Positions 26,733-39,354 of a stretch of 64,000 nt of DNA are shown piece by piece (within the stretch, counting starts at the first letter, position 1; each line of letters opens with the position of its first letter). The DNA comes from Octopus vulgaris (Eukaryota). Under the pieces are notes generated by a model. That model ran no database searches and was not told the DNA's origin. It saw only the letters and a program-made list of their open reading frames with translations. The stretch covers positions 62,124,001-62,188,000 of the forward strand of contig OX597823.1 of NCBI GenBank assembly GCA_951406725.2. Reading direction: 5' to 3'. The position numbers and the translations under genes were made by a program.

Positions 26733-27417
26733 GTAAGAAAACCTTTTACTGTTTTACAGATTCACAACCTGAAGTAATTAATTTGATGAACTAAAATTAA
26801 AAACTTAACCCCAATGAATCAGTGTAAGGGTCTTGATGCAACACAAGACACCCTTAAATCACACTCTACTTTCTTAAAAATAAAAGGACACATTAAATAA
26901 TGTATTCCCATTTATATTGAAAAAAAGAATAGATATCTATGATTGAAATGTTTTTATCATAGGTCTGCTAGATCAAAACTGACCTAAACAACAACTTAAC
27001 TTCAAAGGGAATACATAAATTTAGTATCTTTTAAAGTATATTTGATTTTTTTCTAAATTTGATGAAGCATGAAAAAATGTATTATATAAGCCATTCTAGT
27101 GTGAAAAAGACAGATATAAAAAATATATATATAAATTGGAAGGTTGATGATGATGATGATACTGAAGAGGTTAAATGTACTTTTATATTCTATATAATAA
27201 TGGAAATTGAAAGTTCTGCAAATAATTCATTGATTTAGCAATGATGAAATATTCAATACATTGATTATTCCATTCATCTTCTTAATATGTGTTCACCTTC
27301 ACTGAGTGCATTCTTTTGTTAAGTCATATCTTTAAGACTTAAAGTTTTTATCTTATTCCTCAGCATCAGCATTTTTTTTTATCTTTTATTTTCTCCCTAT
27401 CTTCACAATATTTTCAG

Positions 27418-27456
27418 ATTTCCAAATGGAACAAAATGTTAATTCCAGAGGAACAG
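27418..27456 (+). CDS. SNTG1: Gamma-syntrophin 39-nt exon: ISKWNKMLIPEEQ
   Basis: TTTTCAG acceptor, CAG|GTGAGT donor, phase 0->0. Same length and position as the SNTG1 segment IKKINRNFPVNQQ. Confidence 0.9.
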
Positions 27457-29079
27457 GTGAGTTTTTTTTTTTTGTTTTTTGTTTTTTTTAATGGCTGTTA
27501 CCGAAAGCTATGGACAGGGAGAATATTTGCCACCTAGATTGAGACTAGTTTATTTGAAAATTTCTTATTCATTTAGTTCTTAACTGAAACTTATTTCACA
27601 ACTTTGTAGAAAAATAGAAGTGATTACATTTTCACTTTTTAGAAAGCACTCCAATAAAAAAAAAATTATATTCCAAACAATTTGGTTTCAATCCTAATTG
27701 AAGCCATTTTACTTTATTTGTCTTGCTAATGCTTTTGAGAAAAGTATATGAATGTTGCAAATTTACTTTTCCCTCTACTGTATAAATATGATGCCTTCTG
27801 GCTGTGCATGAAATCAATTTTACAAGGGGACCATTGTATAAGTGTATTGTTTTGTTGAAATATGTATATTGATTATGTGAATGTTAAGATAATGGTCATT
27901 TGCAGAATTCAATGGCTGACCCTGTTTAGTTTTGTGCTCTAAACAACCTCTTGGGCTTCTATACATTGTACACATTTTGAACCATCAATGCTGTGTTCAT
28001 TGTCTTTTTTTTTTTACATTAATCTATTTGAAAAGCGGATTAGTAAAGTAAAAGTTATTTTTAAAACCTGTTACATTTCTTATTAATCACTAACTCTTGA
28101 TTTAGCAAATATTAAGCAAAACTATTTAATCATATTTCATTGTTCCTGTCAATGTGTTTCTAAGTTCTGACCCAAGGTTATCAGAGTACATATATTCATT
28201 TAGTGCTTACAGTATAGCTGTTTCCAACCTAAATTTTATCTGCTTATTATGTTATTGGATTTTGCTTCTATGTTTGGTATTTCATTTCTAATTCTTTAGT
28301 AGATTCAACTTAGAGGACTAAGCCATCTCAATACAAAAGTTTCCATGCACACTTCACTTCACCAATGTGGCCTGGGAAACTAAAGTTAATATGAACTAAC
28401 TTCTGTGGGACACTTGGCAGTTGGCTAAATTCTTTGCTGAACTGATTGTTAACTCATAATTTTGCTTACAGCATTTCTGTACATAGTATGCATGTGGCTC
28501 TAACAAACCATTCATCTACTCCTAGATTTTTCCTTTTGTTAGCAACCATTGTACACTAGAGCATGGTACCTGTTGGAGGTCTACTCTAGATCAACAAATA
28601 CTAAATAGCATGGCCTAATTTGTGATAAGAACTTCTCTTGTAGTTGTCTCATCAGAACAAGAACACCAGTAGTACCCTGTCCAGATGCAAACCCAGAATG
28701 TATCTCATCTAAGCTAATTTTCTTCCTAATTAAATAATTCTTATTTCTTTATTGCCCACAAGGGGCTAAACATAGAGGGGACAAACAAGGACAGACAAAG
28801 GGATTAAGTCGATTAGATCAACCCCAGTGCATAACTGGTACTTAATTTATCGACCCTGAAAGGATGAAAGGCAAAATCGACCTCGGCAGAATTTGAACTC
28901 AGAACGTAATGGCAGACGAAATACTACTAAGCATTTCGCCCAGCGTGCTAACATTTCTGCCAGTACATTAACTGTTTCCTGTAACATTATCTGTTGCTTT
29001 CATAACTTGGTCCACAAAAAGTATTTAAGTAAACCTTATAAAGACAGAATCTTTAGCAGAAAAGAGCACATGGCTTTGT

Positions 29080-29835
29080 TGCCATCAGGGACATAATCAT
29101 GCTCAATATGCAGCAGAGATGTAAGCAAGAACTCTGTAATACATTTCCATTATAAACAATATATATATAAAAGTGTTTCACTGGGATTACTGACAGGCTG
29201 TCAGAATTTTGTGTGTAACAAATGCACAGAAGTTGTTTGTAGTAAAAGTATCCAGGAAATAAATTGCAAATTCTCAGCTGACTCCTTGGAAGAAAATGTT
29301 AGTTTCTGTTACCTAAGTGACCTAGTCAGCAATGCAAGAAGCTCTTTCAAAGGCATAGTGACTAGCATGAGAACAAGGAGGGAAAAGTTCAGAGAGCTTT
29401 TACTGGTACTGACAACAGAGGGATTTGGGTTTTCTCTCTCAGTGAAGACTGAATTATATAATTTTGTGTATTAAAATGTGATGTTCATGATAGTGAAGCA
29501 TAGACTGTGAAATCTGGAAAGTCGTGTGCATACTCTGATGGATGTGTATTGCTAATGTGGATGAATGATAGTGTAGGTGAGCTGAAAGAAAAACTGGGTA
29601 TAACTACAATTTGCAGTTAGAGTGCAAGTCAGAAGACTGCACTGGTGCAGACATGTTATGCACATGGATGACAGTTATGTAAAGAGAAGGACCTGCAGCA
29701 GAAGAAGAGGAAGAAGCTTGAGAAAGACATGGGAAGAAGTGGTGAAAGCTGATCTCAGGAGGTTGAACTTCACAAAGGAAATAACTAAGAACCATTTGCA
29801 ACATGTGGCAAGATGCTTGAAGAAAACCCATCCAA
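29080..29835 (+). mobile_element. Decayed RTE-clade LINE 3' fragment
   Basis: Fragmented motifs FCYLSDLVS, KFRELL.VLT, RRLHWCRHVMHM, RGRSLRKTWEEVVKADL, with stops and frameshifts. Confidence 0.75.
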
Positions 29836-30071
29836 TCAATTTAAAACTGATGGAAATGTGATAGAAGTCATGGTACTTTCTGGGTTTACCATCAGAGTTC
29901 AATATAAATTTTAGCATCAATTATATAAATTTAAAGAGTAGAGGGGCCTAAGCAAAGCGTAGGGACTTCAACAACTCATTCTCCTAAAACATAGCTAAAT
30001 AACTGCTGCATATTTTTGAGTTCTGAAGTATACTATATTTTTGCTTCTTGTTTTTTATCATTAATTTGCAG

Positions 30072-30188
30072 ATATTCCATGTTTGTTGGTGTTTTGAAAA
30101 AGTTCAGGTCAACCGACAATGCCAAGCTTGGAGAGCAAAATTTCTTGCATTAAAAGGAAGTGAAATATTCTTGTTTGATACTCCTCCT
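30072..30188 (+). CDS. SNTG1: Gamma-syntrophin exon (PH2 start): IFHVCWCFEKVQVNRQCQAWRAKFLALKGSEIFLFDTPP
   Basis: TTTGCAG acceptor, GTAAGT donor, 117 nt. Contains the FLALKGS..LF..PP syntrophin PH2 motif. Confidence 0.95.
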
Positions 30189-31360
30189 GTAAGTTTTGAT
30201 ACAACTTTCTTGCTTTCAGTATAGAACTATTACCAATATTTCTTGCCGTATATACATTTTCTGTTCATTGTTATTTCATTAAAGTATAATTTCTTTCATG
30301 TCCTGTCTACGTCTGAGCACCAATGGACTTATTGCTTGCATCTCCATCTAGATTAGAACAACAGTATATAGTTATGTACCCCTTACATTACCATTTACAT
30401 AAAAGTACCTGTAGTTGTGAATCCCTTAATTTCATGTACAATAGATCATATGTAATTCTGTACTGCTTAGATTGCCATCTACAGAACATGACCTGAGCAC
30501 TGTGAAGCTTTAACTTGCAAAATAATCTTCTGTTGTTGTTTAACTCCAGGTTAGTCTTCATCAAGTAGATCTAAAAGCAAAAGCATTCCAGCCACAAACA
30601 TCTCATCTTTTTTTTTTTTTTTATCATTGTCTTGAACTACATTGTTTACAATGTGCCTTTCCACTTACTTTTGAAGAAAGAAGGGTGGGATGTACTGAAG
30701 ATTTGGCTGCTATTTTTAACAATCCGAGCAATGTTATAAAGGCCCTCACCTCTTCCACCTCATTATCATCATGTTTTTTTATCTGTTTTACCATGCTGTC
30801 ATGGGTTGGATGAGTTTCACAGTATTTCATCCTTGGTTAGAGTCCTTTATAATCTGGCACACTCAGTAACAGAGAAAAACCACTTGTCTTTGTTGTTGTG
30901 TATCTTATGTTATTTTTTTTTCATTTTTTTTTTATGGCTTTTATGGCTGATTGCTCTTCCTAACACCAACCACTTTATAGCATGATCTGGGTGCTTGTCG
31001 TGCCACAAGCACTAGAAAGGTTGGCTCTTAAAATTCCCTGTTGACAATTGGGGTTTCACACCTAAGCTCCTCCTGAGCTAACTTATTTTATGGCCTCACC
31101 TGAAAATTACCTAACCCATATCATATCATGTTATACTAGATTCAGTGCCTGTTTTCTTTAATTGCCTAGTTCTACAGCAGTACATCAGACAACAAATGAC
31201 ATCAGCCATAGTGCTTAATACGTTTGTTAGATAAAAAAATATCCTTCAGCTATATTTGCTCATCAAAGACATTGCTTCAAGTAACAATCATTTATTTCTT
31301 GTGATATATTATACAGACACAAAGAATATGACATCATTAGCAAAAAAAAAGTATATACTG

Positions 31361-31392
<32 letters not shown>

Positions 31393-32254
31393 TCAAAAGA
31401 AACCTCAAATTCCTGATTGCTTCATTTTTCTTACTGCCGTTTTCTTTTATTTTCGAAATGTTGTTATTGGAGTTGTGTGAAAAGGTTTATGATATACTTT
31501 TATGTTTCATGTTATTTTCTTAATATAAATATTTTGACATAAAACTTGGATGTGTTTAAACAGTGCAATTTTATTTTCTCATTAAAAAAAAATCACTAAA
31601 AAGCTTTAAAGATATTTCTAGTTAGTTGGGCTTGTGTAACTAAAACAAAAGAAGTAATGCAAAAATAGAAAAACAAAGATGTTAATGATAAAGAAAATAA
31701 AAAGGTAATAAAAGTATGTTTGTGATTAAGAAAGACTCCTTAAAATCTAGAACAGAAACAAATTTTCAATCGTTAATGGTAACTAATTAGTGGTTGGTTA
31801 TCTTCTTAATAAGTATCAACACATTTATGTAGACATCATAATTATCTTTAATTACACCAGCTTCATCATCATCATCACCACCACCCATCATCATCTTCAT
31901 TTTAATAATTCAGTTAAGGAACTTCCAGGAGGTTGTTCAAACTATTCGAAATAGCAACCAGATTCCCCTCAGATAACGCCTTATATTCTTTTTTAAGAAA
32001 AAACAGGATAGATTGAATAATGTAGTTCTAGTTATACTATGTCTAATAAAGACGAGATAATATCATAGCCAAAACACCTTTGATCATATGTCTGCTCAAT
32101 CAGGACTGACTTGAAGGTTGTCTATCTATTTTTCTTTCTTTCTTTCCTTTGTTTCTTTTTTCTTCTTTCCTTCTTTTTTCCTTTCTTTCCTTCCTTCTTT
32201 CTTTTCTTTTTTTTTCTCCTTCATTATTTCATTCTTTCTTTCCTTCCTTCCCAG

Positions 32255-34470
32255 ATCAGTGCAACCTTTCTATGCCAGATATCTTGATCTCCCATAGCAG
32301 TCTTCGTATCCTCCACCTGATATCCTGCATCCCCCACAAGTTGATTAATATATGCTCTTCTTGGTCTGCCTATACCAGGATCTCTATGCATGGGTTTGCT
32401 GAGGAGAAATTCATTGGATATTTCATCCTTGCTCCTGCATCGATTGAGGACCCTTATCAACAGAGTCAATTATTTGCCGAGGCTTTTTCAACTATTTTCA
32501 AACAAGGTGATGGTCGTGAACCCCCTCCATTTGATAGATCGGTACCTCCAATGCTTCAATTGGTCATCACGCGGGATGAAGTCAAACGTGTTATTCAAGG
32601 CCTCGATGTCAACAAGGGTCACGGCCCTGACGGCATACACCCATGGGTTATCAAAGCGTTGGCTCCGGTCATCTGCGAGCCCTTAACGCGACTATTCAAT
32701 ATGACATTGGCGATGGGTGTTATACCTGCAGACTGGAGAACAGCGATAATCTGCCCAATTTTCAAGAAAGGGAGCCGCGAAGACCCGCTTAACTACCGAC
32801 CGGTTTCCCTTACATCAATAATCAGCAAGATGTTCGAAACCATCCTTAAGAAAAGTATGATGCTCCACCTCCTAAACACAGCCTCTATCTCTGATTCCCA
32901 ACACGGCTTCGTGCCGAAGAGATCATGCTTGACCAACTTACTAGTAATGGAAGAATTGGTGACGCGCATCCTCGATGATAGTGATGCTGTTGACATTGTT
33001 TTACTGGACTTTGCCAAAGCTTTTGACTCGGTAAACCACTGCCTATTACTTGTCAAGCTTCAGGCATATAGTTTCCATCCGGATATTGTACGATGGGTTG
33101 GTGCCTTCCTCTCAGATCGCTCCTTCCAAGTCCAAGTTAATGGTTCGCGGTCCGACGTCTCCAGTGCGAGCAGTGGCGTGCCTCAAGGTTCAGTGCTTGG
33201 GCCCTTGTTGTTCTTAGTCTTCATAAATGACTTGCCCGACGACCTCACGCAACACACCCTTCTATTTGCCGACGATATCAAACTGGTCGCTCCTCGCGGT
33301 AATATAGAGGATCTTCGTCGATGCCTCCACCAAATTTGGAAGTGGTCTAACGATTGGGACCTATGTCTGAACATGTCAAAGTGCTGTCATCTGCCTGTCG
33401 GCTCTACTCCTGCAACTCAACTTGATTTCGAGCCGGGTCGTCTGCTGCTGGAGAGGACCGATCAGGTAAAGGACCTAGGTATCTTGGTGGATTCCTCCTT
33501 TTCGCCTTCGGCCCAGTGCGTCCATGCTGCCAACAAAGCACGCGGAATTCTGTTCTTGATTCGACGGTCATTCGGAATGCTCACAGCAGCCATATTCCTA
33601 CCACTCTATGTCACGCTGGTGAGACCCATATTGGAGTATGGGATTCAAGCCTCTTCTCCTTATCTCCTCAAAGACATACAGCATCTCGAAAGAGTCCAGA
33701 AGCTGGCTACTCGCATGGTTCATGGTCTCAAAAATTTGTCCTACGAAGAAAGGCTGAGGACGCTCGACCTTTATTCTCTTGAAAAACGCCGCCGCCGTAG
33801 TGATCTCATTCTCGCCCACAACATCATAAGCGGAAAGTGTAACCTCTCGAAAGAGCTGTTCTTCACTCCTGCTCCAGAGCGTCGGCTGCGGGGTCATTCC
33901 GAAAAGCTCTACCTGCGACGATTTCATCTCAATCGAAGGAGAGGAGCTTTCTCCGTCCGGGTTGTGGATCTGTGGAACAAGCTGCCAGACGAGATGGTAA
34001 AGATGCCGACGACCGCTTTGTTCAAAGCCTCCCTGGACCTCAAGTGGCCTGAACTCTTTACATGAACACCACCCTGTACTTAACTCCATGTCCCCCTACA
34101 TGGCCTTGCTATTTGCTTTTGAGCCAAATTAACTAACTAACTAACTAACATAATGTGTTCTTCTTCCTCTGATTACCGAGGTGATGGTGGGAAAATTGCT
34201 ATACAGTCACTGCTTCCTGGAGCATTGCTGCCGAGAAAAGTTGAGGAATGCACAAAGCATTCTTGTGTATGTACCATCAAGCTTCTTTACAAGTCTCTTG
34301 TTGAGTGTCCAGGCTGAAGTGCCATAGAGAAGCACTGACTCAAAGACTGCTTTGAAGAAACCCCTCTTCATGTTGTCAGGAAGCAGGGGACTTGCATATA
34401 ATTCTAGGGAATTCCATGCTCTTGCAAGCCCTGCTTGGACATCTTTTTCTGCTGAAGCAATGTTACTTTT
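32255..34470 (-). mobile_element. Older RTE-clade LINE 3' fragment split by the CR1 insertion (pieces 34152-34470 and 32255-32440)
   Basis: Minus translation ASAEKDVQAGLARAW...FFKAVFESVLLYGTSAWTLNKRLVKKLDGTYTRML...LYSNFPTITSVIRGRR, continuing on the other side as CRSKDEISNEFLL...GRPRRAYINQL..DAG...AMGDQDIW. Contains a stop and a frameshift. Confidence 0.8.
32441..34148 (+). mobile_element. Young 5'-truncated CR1-type non-LTR retrotransposon with intact reverse transcriptase frame and (TAAC)n tail
   Basis: Uninterrupted frame to TGA at 34063-34065. RT motifs KGHGPDGIHP, NYRPVSLTS, QHGF, DFAKAFDSV, GVPQGSVLGPLLF, FADDIKL; CR1-type C-terminus (LRGH..KL...FS.RVV..WNKLP). Short 3'UTR ending TAACTAACTAAC; CAT on both sides (32438-40, 34149-51); visibly GC/CpG-rich versus flanks. 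Confidence 0.93.
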
Positions 34471-34495
34471 GTGAAGCTAAACATCATCACATTGA

Positions 34496-34660
34496 CCCTT
34501 TGATACCAACCCGGCTGAAACTACCTCTGACTCTGTAGTACAAATGTTTCGTTTTCATAAGTGTAATGATAACTAAGTTATTTTACTAAATTCTTTGTTA
34601 TGTTTAAAATTGATTGAAAGAAACACAGAACATCTCAACAGAAATATGGTAACAAAAGGG
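34496..34660. mobile_element. Second copy of the piggyBac-type MITE family
   Basis: TTGA-CCCTTTGATACC ... GGTAACAAAAGGG-TTAA. Internal similarity to 54016-54230; a decayed copy lies near 38277-38527. Confidence 0.75.
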
Positions 34661-35638
34661 TTAATCTGTTATCTTTTACTTGTGTTAGTCATTAGATTGT
34701 GGCCATGCTGGGGCACCACCTTGAAATTTTAGTCTGGTACTTTATTGGTCTCTTACAGGGGCATAAATACACCAACACTAGTTGTGAAGCAGTGGCAGAG
34801 GACAAACAGACACAACAAAAACAACACACCCTCATCATCATCATCATTTAACGTCCATTGTCCATGCTGGCACAACTATACAATGGGCTTCTTTCTGTCT
34901 CCATCTATCAAATCCATTCACAAAGCTTTGGTCAGCCTGAGGCTATAGAAGACACTTGCCCTAGGTTCCATGCTGTGGGACTGAACCCAAAACCATGTGG
35001 TTGGGAAGCAAGCATCTTACCACACAGCCATGCCTGCATCTATTAATGTCCATTTTTCCATGCTGGCATGAATTGCTTAGATGAACTGCAATTTGGCAAA
35101 CTCTCCATCTTCATCCTACTTCATTTCTTCTTAGATATCATTACCTCTTCCCATTCTTTCCTTGGATTCACTCATATCAAAGAAAAACAGCATGTAAACA
35201 ACATACCTTATGTCTAATGAGATCTATTAATCCTGCAACACCATGGACCTGCACTAGAAAGTCTTGCTTCATTCAAATTGGCAGAGCAGCAGCAGCTGTC
35301 ATATGGGAAAGACAGCCCCAGCTGCAGCAACTGTATTTGAAAATATTATCTGACAATCCCGTTTTTGTTTCCTTTTTTGCAAGTATACTTCTTCTGCAGC
35401 AGCAAATCTCCAGTTTCCCCTCTTTTAAACATACCATAATATTTAGACTAAAAATGAATAAAATTTAGAAAAGAATTTCATTGTTTGAGATAATACCTTC
35501 TGAAATAAATTTACGTAAGACATTGTGTTTTTAAAAAAAATTAAATTTCCTAAATAATATTTTTCCTTCTGCTTTTCACAGGAATAGTTCTCCAAGATTT
35601 GTCTGTTGATGTGCCTCTATTATTGCATTTTCTTTCAG

Positions 35639-35710
35639 GCTGATCTGCGAGACTGGAATCAATGTGAACGTGTGTCAAAGGTTTATGAATCAATGTTCAA
35701 GATTCTCAAG
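35639..35710 (+). CDS. SNTG1: Gamma-syntrophin exon: ADLRDWNQCERVSKVYESMFKILK
   Basis: CTTTCAG acceptor, AAG|GTCAGT donor, 72 nt. Matches 'DW...E....VYE.M.KILK'. Confidence 0.93.
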
Positions 35711-36260
35711 GTCAGTGAGGACTGTGTGTGTGTGTGTGCGCGTGTGTTTGTACTTACAGCAAAGCATACTTAAAAGGCTTAATTGAACATTTCTTTCTGT
35801 CACTTAAGTAATAGAATATACATCAAATTATGTATCTGTGTGTGTATGTATGTATGTATGTATGTATATATATATATATATATATATATAGTTAACAGGC
35901 AAGATCCAGAGATTCTCAGTATAGAAGACAAATGATTTAAACTTGGACTCCGTTGTCTTTACAGGGGATCAATTCCACGGGGTAAAGAATTGCTATAAAA
36001 GAGATCGAGTTGAGCAGATATGAAGGCAATTATGTGGATAAGCAAATTAGATATATTAAATATAACAGTTTGCCTGTGAAATACAAAATATATATATAAT
36101 TCTACTAAGTTTTCAGTCAACTAAATGACCTGTCAGTGTTTTAAAGAGAAATAGGTATAGTGAAAGTATAAAAGTAGTTAGTTACCTTTTAATGCACATG
36201 TCAAAGGGATGGACAAACAGAGAAAATGTAATCCACTGCCAATTATATTTATAGATGTCA

Positions 36261-36440
36261 ACGTAGACAATCTGTATGTTTATGGACATCACCTTAAGTT
36301 CACAGGTATTGTTATAAGTGAACATACAATGCTATAAGTTAAGAAACATTGCTGTAACATAACAGACATTGCCTTAAGTAAATATAAATGACTATAGGTG
36401 AAGGGGTATTTTTGTAACTTGAAAGTGTTGCTGTAAGTTT
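36261..36440 (+). repeat. Degenerate 20-bp minisatellite (about 9 units, consensus approximately AACAGACATTGCTATAAGTT)
   Basis: Units at 20-nt spacing, e.g. AACATACAATGCTATAAGTT, AAGAAACATTGCTGTAACAT, AACAGACATTGCCTTAAGTA. Confidence 0.7.
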
Positions 36441-36515
36441 GCTATAGGAGACATCACTAAAACAAAAAAATAGACATTGCTCTAATCCTATATTTCTCTC
36501 CTATTTTTTTCATAG

Positions 36516-36668
36516 GACACAGAGTTAACTGATGACCGCCAACATTGCTTTATCATCCAGACTGGAAGTGGTAGTAGTATTTATCTTAGTTTGGAAAGTC
36601 GTTCTGAAGTGCTGCAATTAGAAAAAGCTTGGTACCGGACCAATCATCATGCTGTGACCCTACTAAAG
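36516..36668 (+). CDS. SNTG1: Gamma-syntrophin exon: DTELTDDRQHCFIIQTGSGSSIYLSLESRSEVLQLEKAWYRTNHHAVTLLK
   Basis: TTTCATAG acceptor, AAG|GTGACC donor, 153 nt. PH2 C-terminal half. Confidence 0.94.
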
Positions 36669-37575
36669 GTGACCATCATATTTTATTTAAATATTAACAA
36701 TGTTTCATTACTGAAGAATGTAAAGACTGGCTCTTTGGATTTGCTTATTCCAGGTTTTTTGGCAACAGACACACATGCACGTGCATGTATGCATACACAC
36801 AGTCATACTGACATGCTTACACAAACATGCACATGCTTATATTTACACTCATACATACATTTATGTTCACACACACACACACACATCCTTACATTCACAC
36901 ATATACACACTCATACATCTTCTTAAACACACATTTTCACTATCCAATATATACTTACCTGATGTGTCATGCACATAAATACACACCGTTCATATATATA
37001 TATATTGGCATTAGGAAAGCTATCCAGTCATAGAAACTATGTCTAAGTTGACACAGGAGCCTAACAGAGCCCTGGAGATCACTGGATCCTGTCAAACTGT
37101 CCAGCCCATGCTGGTATGCAAAACAGTTGTTAAATGATGATGATATATTCATTTCATCCCCGTTTAAAGTCCACCTTCTATGCTGACATGGATTGGATGG
37201 TTTGACAGTATCTGACACATTTAAGGATTGTGTTGTGTTCCAATGTCAGTTTTGGCATGGTTTTTATATTTGGATCCCATTCCTCATGCCAACCACTTTA
37301 AAGAGTGCACTGGTGCTTTTTATCTATGACATCAGCACCAATGAGGTTACCATGTAGCTTGCAAGACTAAGATCCTCTTCGGCTGAATAAGACTAGAGTA
37401 GAGAGGAAGATGGTTTTATGCTAGATGATGAGAGCTCAAACTATAAACTTTATTTAAATATTTGGTTGTGCATGGAGAAGTTTTACACCAACTATAACAT
37501 TATATATCCTCCTGTCTCTTTTGTCACCCTCTGTTTTTTGTCTCTATATGCAAATTTTATTTGTATTACTTCCAG

Positions 37576-37668
37576 AGTAAAACATTTGGCTGTACTTGGA
37601 GAAGTTGTCTATCAGGATTAACATTAGATATCCATGTTGGTTTTTCCCTATATGACAGTGAAACACGG
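37576..37668 (+). CDS. SNTG1: Gamma-syntrophin exon (SU domain start): SKTFGCTWRSCLSGLTLDIHVGFSLYDSETR
   Basis: CTTCCAG acceptor, CGG|GTAAGT donor, 93 nt. Matches 'KTYAC...GLTIDF..GF..FD..TK'. Confidence 0.93.
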
Positions 37669-38732
37669 GTAAGTGAAGTTTGTTTCACTCAGATGAAAAA
37701 TGTGTAGAAGTCTGTTGCACACACGTGTGTGCATGCATGTGTGTGTGTTCATGTCCTCCCTCCCCTACTGCTTGACAGGCAGTATTGATTTGTTTACACC
37801 CCCATAACTTAGCAGGTCCACAAAACAGACTGATAGAAAATGTACCAGACTTCAAAAATAAAAACTGGCCTTGGTTTGTTCCTCTACGCCCTTCAAAATG
37901 GTGCCCCAGCATGGCCACAGTCCAATGACTAAAACAAGTGAAAGAAGCTGAAAGTAGGTGTGTGTGAGAGAGAGAGGGCGGGTGGCTGTGTGTTTTGTAC
38001 ATTGTACATATATATGTAAGAGTGTACATTTGTATAAACATGTTCAATATTTTCTTGTTTTCTTACATTTTATAAACTTTTCTTAAACATTTTAATCAAT
38101 GGTCTTTAAATAAAAGATAAATGAGCAAGGAACTAAATGCAAAAAATGCTGATTAACAAATCAGTATAAATAATAAAAGATGATTCAGGCTCTTTCATTA
38201 AAATTACTGCCGGCTTTAAATAAATTAAAATTTCTATAGAGATTTCTGGAGTGTTCTATTCTCTTTATATTTTCATTTAACCATTTTGAGATCACCTTCA
38301 GTCAATGAAACAAAAGGTTTTGTTTTAAGTTGTTCACATTTAAATAAAAATGTTTCCATTGTAATTTTATTGAGCTTGCTTTTGTTAAGGTAATTTTACA
38401 AACATCAGCTCAATAATAAAGAAAAGACAGTTTTACTAAATCTTTACAAATTCTCAATTATTTTCAAAATTGCTTGAAACACAAAGCTGAAGTGTATCTC
38501 ATAAGAAATATCATCTCAATGAGTTTATCTGAAAAATGTTCAGCCTTGATAATTGAATACATTAAATCTTAATAGTTTTCATACCATCAGGTATAAATAA
38601 AATATGAATTTCGTTTTTTTTTTCTTTTTTTTTTTTCTCATCGTATTGGTATATTTGTTATGTACAAGTGTAAGAAAGAAATACTAAATTATTTCTTAAC
38701 TGTTAATTAATGAAACACTGATTGTATTGCAG

Positions 38733-38843
38733 AGTTACATGTGGACATACAGATTCTCTCAGCTGAAAGGTTCCTCTGACGATGGCAAGTCGAAGTTAAA
38801 ACTATTATTCCAGAATGATTCTACTAAGTTGATTGAAACAAGA
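38733..38843 (+). CDS. SNTG1: Gamma-syntrophin exon (SU domain): SYMWTYRFSQLKGSSDDGKSKLKLLFQNDSTKLIETR
   Basis: TTGCAG acceptor, GTAAGT donor, 111 nt. Diagnostic gamma-syntrophin motif W.Y.FSQLKGSSDDGK. Confidence 0.97.
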
Positions 38844-39354
38844 GTAAGTATGAAATAACTAATCAGAAAGATTAACTTATTATTTAATTGATCAATTTCT
38901 CACAACAATAGAAACACACTCATTGGTTCAACGTTTATGTAGGGGATGATGATTCAATAAGTACCAGCAATACACTAAAATCAACTCTATTACTGTCCAT
39001 CACCCTTTCCATTTTTCTGTTATCCTCTCTGTTTTGTTCCTCTCACCCATGTCTCCCCCTCTCTATCTTCTGTTACTATCTTTTGTCTCTCTCCATTTAG
39101 GAAATTCCACTTCCTGGCTCATCTTCCCCTTTCTCCCCAATCCTCTGCTTTTGTGGTAACTGGACTCTTGTTTGTGTTTCTTGGTTTGTTGAGGGCCACA
39201 AGTCACTGTTCTATTTTCTCTCTGCATTATTTCCTCTATTTTATTTACCGTACTATAAGATAATACATTATCATTGCCTTGTCCTTCTTATTTCGTGCCT
39301 TTCCATCTTAAATTTGCCATTATAGATTCACTTTTCCTTATTTGTTCATCTTTT

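Noticed and set aside
32149-32440. N-terminal 97 aa of the 638-aa ORF as part of the LINE protein
   Set aside because: It comes from a CT-rich tract and the antisense strand of an RTE fossil; the LINE begins at about 32441.
35582-35638. Alternative upstream acceptor, in frame with the 35639 exon
   Set aside because: Reads GAA TAG immediately; could only be a poison event and nothing supports its use.
36261-36440. CRISPR-like array
   Set aside because: Contiguous degenerate tandem units with no unique spacers, eukaryotic context, no cas genes.
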